This document shows positions 25,796 to 31,302 of a DNA stretch of 31,302 nucleotides, piece after piece (the stretch's first letter is position 1; the number at the start of each line of letters is the position of its first letter). The position numbers and the translations under genes are program-made. Origin of the DNA: a virus (Duplodnaviria > Caudoviricetes); IMG/VR virus record IMGVR_UViG_3300022862_000260, positions 1 through 31,302 of that record; one strand, 5' to 3'. The notes beneath the pieces are model-generated. The model was not told the origin of the DNA. It saw only the letters and a program-made list of their open reading frames with translations, and ran no database searches.

Positions 25796-25796
25796 T

Positions 25797-26099
25797 ATGA
25801 CCGGGATAACTATCAGGACTGCGGACAACAAAGTCATTCTCGATATGACAATGAACATCAGTCAGGACCAGGGGTATGTCGACACGGGGGCCGTGAATGG
25901 CTCGATTGCCATCCCGGCGGCGCCTCCAGGCAAAACGCAGTTTTTTGGCGTGGTGCCGCTTGTGGATATGCAGCGCGAATCCGGAAAGTTGCCCGGCGTC
26001 ACGATGACGTCGGGTGTTTTGTCCTGGGCCTATTCCTACCCAACTAATGGCTGGGGTTTTTTCTCGGCGAATGCACGGATATTTTATGGATACTACTGA
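25797..26099 (+). CDS. Small tail-tip accessory protein, 100 aa
   Basis: Coupled to J stop; beta-rich, ends IFYGYY. Confidence 0.75.
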   Translation: MTGITIRTADNKVILDMTMNISQDQGYVDTGAVNGSIAIPAAPPGKTQFFGVVPLVDMQRESGKLPGVTMTSGVLSWAYSYPTNGWGFFSANARIFYGYY

Positions 26100-26101
26100 T
26101 A

Positions 26102-26989
26102 ATGGCGTATCTCACCGCGACGAAAGAAAACGGTCAGCTCCTTTTCGACACAACTAAAATCTCCTACGGGCTTGTAAAAAGTGGATACATGACTTTCCAG
26201 CAGTCTTGGTCGAGAAGGATCTTGCGATCAGCGCAACTTGATCCAACGCAGGGGGGCAACTGGACTCCGGTGAATGAGGTAGCGCAGGACGTAGGAGATA
26301 ATCTGTTTGGATTCACGCTAGCCAATGCCAGAAACCCAATTGTGTTCCTTGTAGGCTCCGGAACACTAAATGGCTCACAACGATTTGGAAACACGATTAC
26401 ATTTTTTTACTCTAATGCGACATCATCAACAAAGTACTATTGCTTTGATCTTATGTCGGATATTTTTCCGGGTTCGCCCTACATAAAGACTTACACGCCG
26501 GCAGGCGTTATAACCTTCAATTCGCTACAGCCTCCGTTGAATGTTGTTGCTCAAATCACGGCGCCGCCGCCTGATCCAACAACAATTGGTGGTCGCATGA
26601 TTGCGCCATATGCTGGAGGAAGCATTCAACGGCGACAACTAACTGTACCTCCTGATTACCGATATGCGCAGGCGGATTATATATACGACGTGCCACTGTT
26701 GGCAGGCGTTGAATATGCAGCATTCTTGCCTTGGTCCAGAGGCGCGGGTATTTGGGATTTCAGCGCAGGGTACCAGGGTTATAGTGCTGCTTATGCTGTT
26801 CTCGAGGGGGCATACGGTCGAGTCGGCGGAATGAGCTTCATGTTGGGTGCGTCGGCCGGCACCACTCTCTCGAACGCAACAGCCGGCGGTGGCGTCCCAG
26901 CAGGCGCGAGTTATACAGGCCTTCCAACAGATCGCTACCCGACTGCATTAATCATCCTCACCTCCAACCTGCCCATGCCATTCAACTGA
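26102..26989 (+). CDS. Tail-tip accessory / putative receptor-binding protein, 295 aa
   Basis: ENGQLLFDT and GVITFNS repeats typical of post-J genes; lower GC. Confidence 0.7.
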   Translation: MAYLTATKENGQLLFDTTKISYGLVKSGYMTFQQSWSRRILRSAQLDPTQGGNWTPVNEVAQDVGDNLFGFTLANARNPIVFLVGSGTLNGSQRFGNTITFFYSNATSSTKYYCFDLMSDIFPGSPYIKTYTPAGVITFNSLQPPLNVVAQITAPPPDPTTIGGRMIAPYAGGSIQRRQLTVPPDYRYAQADYIYDVPLLAGVEYAAFLPWSRGAGIWDFSAGYQGYSAAYAVLEGAYGRVGGMSFMLGASAGTTLSNATAGGGVPAGASYTGLPTDRYPTALIILTSNLPMPFN

Positions 26990-27034
26990 GCAGTTTCTTC
27001 TGCTTGGTCTGCAACTTCATCAAAGGATAACTCC

Positions 27035-28297
27035 ATGCCTTGGTATAAAACCGGGACGGTTTCCGTCACCCAAAATTCCCGTGTAGTTACCGGAACAGGT
27101 GTTGCTTTCGCTGTGAATTGTCGAGTCGGCGATGCATTCCGCGGTCCGGACGGTGAATGGTATGAGGTGATCGACAGGTTCAGCGACACCTCGATCTCCA
27201 TCGACCCGCCTTATCAGGGCGCAACCACCGCTGCTGGTGTATACGCACTGGCCCCGATGCAAGGCTACGTTAAAGACCTAGCCGATGCGTTCAGACTGCT
27301 GATCAACCAGTTCGGTGGGCTGCTTGCCGTCCTGGGCAACGATCCCACGCAGGCAGGGGTTCGTTCTGCGCTTGGCCTGACAAACACTGACGGCGTTCCA
27401 GAGGGCCCTGGAAACAAATACTTCACCTCGGCCAGGGCGATAGCAGCACCCCTGTCAGGGCTCGACACCAGCAACAACTCAACTGTCGTATCGACCGACA
27501 CTCTGCTGTCTGCTGTGGGGAAGCTCCAGGCCCAGGCGACGTCGACGGGATTGGTTGCACAGGCAGCCTTGCCGAAGTCTGGGGGCGCGCTCACCGGCCC
27601 CATCAATGACGCACCGATACAAACCCTTGCGTCTGCTGCAACGGTGAACATTGGCGCCGCAACATCAAACGTCGTCACCATCAGCGGAACAACGACAATC
27701 GCAAGCTTCGGCACCATTGCTGCCGGGGCTCGGCGAACTGTCCGATTCCTGGGGTCGTTGATCCTCACGTATAACGCCGCCGCGCTGATACTGCCCACCT
27801 CGAACAACATCGTGACAGCGGCGAACGATACGGCCGAGTTTTTGAGCCTGGGCGGCGGGAGTTGGATTTGCCTCCGTTACGACGCGGTGAGCGGAAAGTC
27901 GTTGGCGTTTTCTTATGACAAGACAAACGCTATCGGCCTGGTTGCTAATGGGGCAATTATCGAGTCTGGGAGTAGTGGTAGCGGCTACTGGATGAAGTTC
28001 GCGGATGGATCGATGGAAACTCGACATCGGGGATCTATCAGTTTGAACATCACAACCGCATACGGTGCGTTGTATTACGGTGCTGCTGTCGCTATAGCCT
28101 TTCCGCAAACATTCGTCGGCGATCTTCCCGAGATGACGCTGCAAGTAAGCGGCGGGCCGGTTGCTGCACTTTTTGTCGGACGACAAACCGTTGTCACAGC
28201 GACCGACACAGGTCCGTTTATCGTAATGGCTCCCGCTCCGCTGACGAACGCGGTGATGACCGTCGACATCGTTGCCAAGGGACGGTGGAAAGTTTAA
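27035..28297 (+). CDS. Tail fibre protein, 420 aa
   Basis: MPWYKTGTVSVT..VTGTG N-terminus, LPKSGGALTG, C-terminal GYWMKFADG...AKGRWK domain. Confidence 0.85.
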   Translation: MPWYKTGTVSVTQNSRVVTGTGVAFAVNCRVGDAFRGPDGEWYEVIDRFSDTSISIDPPYQGATTAAGVYALAPMQGYVKDLADAFRLLINQFGGLLAVLGNDPTQAGVRSALGLTNTDGVPEGPGNKYFTSARAIAAPLSGLDTSNNSTVVSTDTLLSAVGKLQAQATSTGLVAQAALPKSGGALTGPINDAPIQTLASAATVNIGAATSNVVTISGTTTIASFGTIAAGARRTVRFLGSLILTYNAAALILPTSNNIVTAANDTAEFLSLGGGSWICLRYDAVSGKSLAFSYDKTNAIGLVANGAIIESGSSGSGYWMKFADGSMETRHRGSISLNITTAYGALYYGAAVAIAFPQTFVGDLPEMTLQVSGGPVAALFVGRQTVVTATDTGPFIVMAPAPLTNAVMTVDIVAKGRWKV

Positions 28298-28323
28298 GCA
28301 GGCAACCAGTCAAGGAATTAGCG

Positions 28324-28671
28324 ATGAAAATCAATTTAATACCGCAAGGCCGTGGGGACACTCTGCAGGTCATAAAGCTTGGCGATGTTCTGACGGTCAA
28401 TGGAGAGGAGTTCGATCTCTCGCCAGTAGGTGAGGGGGATACTCTCCCTGCCACTGCGATCGGCTCATTCTGGTTCAGGGACAAAGTCGAGCGGATTAAC
28501 GGCGAGTTGGAACTGACCTTCCTGTTCCCGATCCCTTCGAACTACAGTCAGGAACAGGCGTTCCCGGTCCCGCTGGTAAACATTCCGGATGGGGTGGTTG
28601 CCTTTCCTGGCCCGCTGCCCGACCCACTGCCGCCGGCGCCGAGTATGCTCACAATGAGCGGAGGGGCTTGA
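28324..28671 (+). CDS. Tail fibre-associated protein
   Basis: MKINLIPQ..D.L.V.K.GDVLTVNGEEFD pattern; ATG 28324 after AAGGA. Confidence 0.75.
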   Translation: MKINLIPQGRGDTLQVIKLGDVLTVNGEEFDLSPVGEGDTLPATAIGSFWFRDKVERINGELELTFLFPIPSNYSQEQAFPVPLVNIPDGVVAFPGPLPDPLPPAPSMLTMSGGA

Positions 28672-28674
28672 TGT

Positions 28675-29043
28675 ATGAGCAACATCGACTGGTCCCAACT
28701 CATCACCAAGGCCATGAAGGATGCCGCTATCCAGGCTGCGCAGCTCACGGCTGCCAAGGAGGAATTGTCGGCCCGCAATACCCGGTCACTTACGCAAATC
28801 GCTCGGATCCAGGACCGAATCGATACGATCGGTTTCGGTATTGATATCGGTGAAGCGACGGCGGAGGACGAAGCTGAGCAGGCGGCGTTGCTGCTGGTCC
28901 TGAAAGCCTGGAAAGCCTACAAATATGCCCTGGGCAAGGTAACGGTTCAGTCGACGTGGTACCAGGCGCCGGTGTGGCCCGTAGAGCCGCCCATTCCCGA
29001 AATTATCGCTGCGCCGATGCTGGGCTCCGCCGAAACCATCTGA
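28675..29043 (+). CDS. Tail fibre assembly chaperone-like protein
   Basis: IDWSQL...AWKAYKYAL...WPVEP motif. Confidence 0.8.
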   Translation: MSNIDWSQLITKAMKDAAIQAAQLTAAKEELSARNTRSLTQIARIQDRIDTIGFGIDIGEATAEDEAEQAALLLVLKAWKAYKYALGKVTVQSTWYQAPVWPVEPPIPEIIAAPMLGSAETI

Positions 29044-29060
29044 TCCAAACCGAACACCGC

Positions 29061-29086
29061 AACCCGCCATCGAGCGGGATTTTTTT
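29061..29086 (+). terminator. Intrinsic terminator
   Basis: AACCCGC-catcga-GCGGGATTTTTTT. Confidence 0.8.
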
Positions 29087-29101
29087 GCCTGGAGAAAAGT
29101 T

Positions 29102-29527
29102 ATGACCGTTTCCGAGAAGGACCGCGACATCCTGGCGCGCACCCTGTGGGGGGAGGCACGCGGCGAAGGCCTGGCCGGGCAGATCGCCGTGGCCTGGACC
29201 ATCCGCAACCGTGTGGAGGATGGCAAGGCCAAGTCATGGTGGGGGGAGGGCTACGCTGGAGTTTGCCTGAAGCCGTACCAGTTCAGTTGCTGGAACCAGA
29301 ACGACCCCAACTATCCATACCTGAGTGGCGCGAAGGAGATCCCGCCGAAGCAATTCGCCCAGGCGCAGCGGGCGGCCGACCTGGTGATCGCCGGAGCTGA
29401 GGCCGACATCACCAATGGCGCGACCCACTACTACGCCACGACTATGCCCAAGCCGCCGGCCTGGGCTGCCAAAGCCACGCAGACCCTCCGTCTGGGCAAT
29501 CACCTCTTCTTCAAGGACGTGCCATGA
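29102..29527 (+). CDS. Endolysin, SleB / Hydrolase_2-type cell wall hydrolase
   Basis: LARTLWGEARGE, YQFSCWN, TNGATHYY, GNHLFF motifs. Confidence 0.92.
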   Translation: MTVSEKDRDILARTLWGEARGEGLAGQIAVAWTIRNRVEDGKAKSWWGEGYAGVCLKPYQFSCWNQNDPNYPYLSGAKEIPPKQFAQAQRAADLVIAGAEADITNGATHYYATTMPKPPAWAAKATQTLRLGNHLFFKDVP

Positions 29528-30042
29528 ACCCTGACGTAGTAAAGGTGTTAGTGGCCGGAGGTTTGATTCTGGCGCTTCTGCTGCTGGCTGTGGGTGGGAC
29601 ATGGAAGGTCCAGGACTGGCGGTACGGGAATCAGCTGGCAAAGCAGGCCGAGCTGCACCAATCCGACCTGGCCAAGATCAGCAGCGCAGCCGCAGCCCAG
29701 GTCCAGGCGGAGCAGGTCAAGCACCTGGCCCTAGAACAGCGGTTGTCGGCCAGCGAACAAACCCACTATAAGGAACTGAGCAATGCCCAGCGTGATCAAG
29801 ATCGCTTGCGCGATCGCCTTGCCACTGCTGATGTCCGGCTGTCAGTCCTTCTCGACGAGGATCCAGCCAGTTGCGACGCAGTGCCTACCACCACCAGCAC
29901 CGGCGGCGTGGTTCATGGAAACCGTCGAGCCCAACTTGACCCAGCGCATGCTCAAAGAATTGTCGCCATCACCGACGCCGGCGACAGGGGGCTGATCGCA
30001 CTGAAGGCTTGCCAGGCGTATGTGCGTGAGTTGAATAAATAA
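29524..30042 (+). CDS. Rz: Inner-membrane spanin (Rz-like)
   Basis: N-terminal TM, coiled coil, C-terminal LKACQAYV. Confidence 0.88.
   Translation: MNPDVVKVLVAGGLILALLLLAVGGTWKVQDWRYGNQLAKQAELHQSDLAKISSAAAAQVQAEQVKHLALEQRLSASEQTHYKELSNAQRDQDRLRDRLATADVRLSVLLDEDPASCDAVPTTTSTGGVVHGNRRAQLDPAHAQRIVAITDAGDRGLIALKACQAYVRELNK
29783..29995 (+). CDS. Rz1: Outer-membrane spanin lipoprotein (Rz1-like), embedded in Rz
   Basis: Lipobox MSGC, Pro-rich CLPPPAPAAW, +1 frame fully inside Rz. Confidence 0.8.
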   Translation: MPSVIKIACAIALPLLMSGCQSFSTRIQPVATQCLPPPAPAAWFMETVEPNLTQRMLKELSPSPTPATGG

Positions 30043-30101
30043 GGATTATGTGCGGTCGGCAGGACGCCGTGGGAGGGGAGTACTGTAGGAATATCCAACG
30101 C

Positions 30102-30184
30102 TAACTTATTGATTCTTATAGGCGGATCTGACGGTTTTGGCGAGTCTTGAAGTGTATGTTTTTCCTATCTAAATCAGCTGCTTA
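30102..30184. promoter_or_regulatory. Two IHF-consensus sites in the att arm
   Basis: AATCAAtaagTTA (minus, 30102-30114) and AATCAGctgcTTA (plus, 30172-30184) match WATCAR-N4-TTR. Confidence 0.6.
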
Positions 30185-30199
30185 TGTATGCATAACAGT

Positions 30200-30248
30200 C
30201 ACCTTGACATGGTGGGGGTCGTTGGTTCGAGTCCAATCGCGCCTACCA
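30200..30248 (+). repeat. Prophage att site: duplicated 3' part of tRNA-Val(GAC)
   Basis: CACCTTGACATGGTGGGGGTCGTTGGTTCGAGTCCAATCGCGCCTACCA = anticodon arm (GAC), T arm, acceptor 3' strand and CCA; 5' half and D arm absent. Confidence 0.9.
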
Positions 30249-30277
30249 AACAAAATCCGCTCTGCTGGGCGGTCTAG

Positions 30278-30307
30278 AAGGGCTCACCGAAAGGTGGGCC
30301 CTTTTTT
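30278..30307 (+). terminator. Terminator of the original tRNA locus
   Basis: AAGGGCTCACC-gaaa-GGTGGGCCCTTTTTT. Confidence 0.85.
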
Positions 30308-30350
30308 GTTGCTGTCTGGTCCTGAAATAGGTGTACACCTGTTTCACCCT

Positions 30351-30379
30351 AACGCCCGATGCACCGCATCGGGCGTTTT
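30351..30379 (+). terminator. Second stem-loop downstream of att
   Basis: AACGCCCGATGC-acc-GCATCGGGCGTTTT. Confidence 0.6.
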
Positions 30380-31056
30380 GTATTTCAAAGACAGATAAGG
30401 CCCGCGCCCAACACGCCTTGCATGATATCGGCCAGCGGGCATGGCGTTATTGGATCGATTATCGCCACGAAAAATAAACCATCTCTCAGGCGCCGCCCCT
30501 CAGTGACGAGTAGTGGCAATTCGGTATTGTTGGGTGTATTACTGCGCAAATTTTTTTGAAGGATCAAAGCGATGCGTTTTTGGTCGAATCTCTGATGGGA
30601 TGCCTCGGCCCTTCGCAAAACGTGAGCATGATTGGCTCGTTGCCCAAGCTGCGACTGCATGCACTTTGTGGGTTCCAAGCGTAAGCGCCCCATAACTGTA
30701 GGGGACCACTGCTCGTTCTTCAATCGAGCCGTTGATCAGTCGGATTATGTCGGCCTGGCATGAGCCTGGACGATTTATTCTTCGTGACTGATACGAAGAG
30801 CTTCGCGGTCATAGGCGGCTTTAAATCCCGTGACGCGTTTTCGGGTATCACGTATTCGTGTCGCAGCGGTTCTAGAAGCGGTAGGAGAGAAAGGGATAGA
30901 TATATCTTTTGCTTCGCTGCTCTGAGCGTTTTTATCGAATGGACTCGTTTGGATCAACTGGCAGCTGGCTAGAAAATAAATCTGCCCCCCCCTTTTTTCG
31001 TCCAATCAGAGGCGAAAAACCGCCAGTGGCGAACCTGTCTGGCGGCCTACCAAGGG

Positions 31057-31302
31057 CTAGTTGCCCTTATTTTCCAGAAGCTTTTCGATGTCCGCCACAC
31101 TTCTTTGAACAACGCTTAGCGGCCATTCGTACGCGTCAAAGGCTTCCCCTTCAGCGCATCCCCTAGCAGGCACTTCTGTGAAGAATTTAGCGGCGGCATT
31201 GAGGGCTGCTCCGTCGAAGCCCGGGGATTTTTTGAGAGCATAGGTTAAAGATGCCAGCGCCATCAGGACGCCGCTTTCAAAAGGTTTGACTTCGTATGCC
31301 AC
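31057..31302 (-). CDS. Hypothetical protein outside the prophage (may extend past window)
   Basis: 81-codon open frame with protein-like composition reaching the window edge. Confidence 0.55.
   Translation of the reverse strand: MAYEVKPFESGVLMALASLTYALKKSPGFDGAALNAAAKFFTEVPARGCAEGEAFDAYEWPLSVVQRSVADIEKLLENKGN

Larger units (their letters stand above)
1..30248 (+). mobile_element. Lambda-like siphovirus prophage, late region to right attachment site
   Basis: Complete head-tail-lysis gene set in canonical order ending at a tRNA-derived att. Confidence 0.95.

Noticed and set aside
26102-29043. Diversity-generating retroelement or invertible tail-fibre switch
   Set aside because: No reverse transcriptase, invertase, TR/VR pair or inverted crossover sites seen
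30081-30098. SOS box near att (TACTGTAGGAATATCCAA)
   Set aside because: Right half-site lacks CAG and no gene follows; more likely part of the att arm
30200-30248. Functional tRNA-Val gene
   Set aside because: Only the 3' part is present; the upstream sequence cannot form the acceptor 5' strand or D arm, so it is an att duplication
30147-31166. Short ORFs downstream of the att site
   Set aside because: No RBS or motifs, mutually overlapping and crossing terminators; region treated as non-coding or degenerate

Overview
Right (late-gene) arm of an integrated lambda-like siphovirus prophage in a Pseudomonas-type genome, ending at an att site that duplicates the 3' part of tRNA-Val(GAC) (30200-30248). 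About 1 kb of flanking DNA follows. Gene order: truncated hicA (minus), structured leader + Com-family Zn-finger + unknown cargo gene, holin pair, metallopeptidase, terminase, portal, MuF, scaffold, major capsid, head-tail joining genes, tail tube, G/GT chaperone with a -1 frameshift site, tape measure, lambda M/L/K/I/J-like tip genes, tail fibre module, SleB-like endolysin and embedded spanins. The structural operon carries about 11 accessory (moron) genes. The most interesting is a 2.3 kb insertion between tail genes K and I. It holds four minus-strand genes and a lipoprotein, and a duplicated 24-bp element containing a LexA-box-like motif. One of its genes encodes a stand-alone proteasome-beta/HslV-like Ntn-hydrolase with an exactly spaced Ser1-Asp17-Lys33 triad. 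A second candidate system is the antisense-RNA/Com/cargo module placed just before the holin. All product calls come from motif recognition and gene order, not from database searches.
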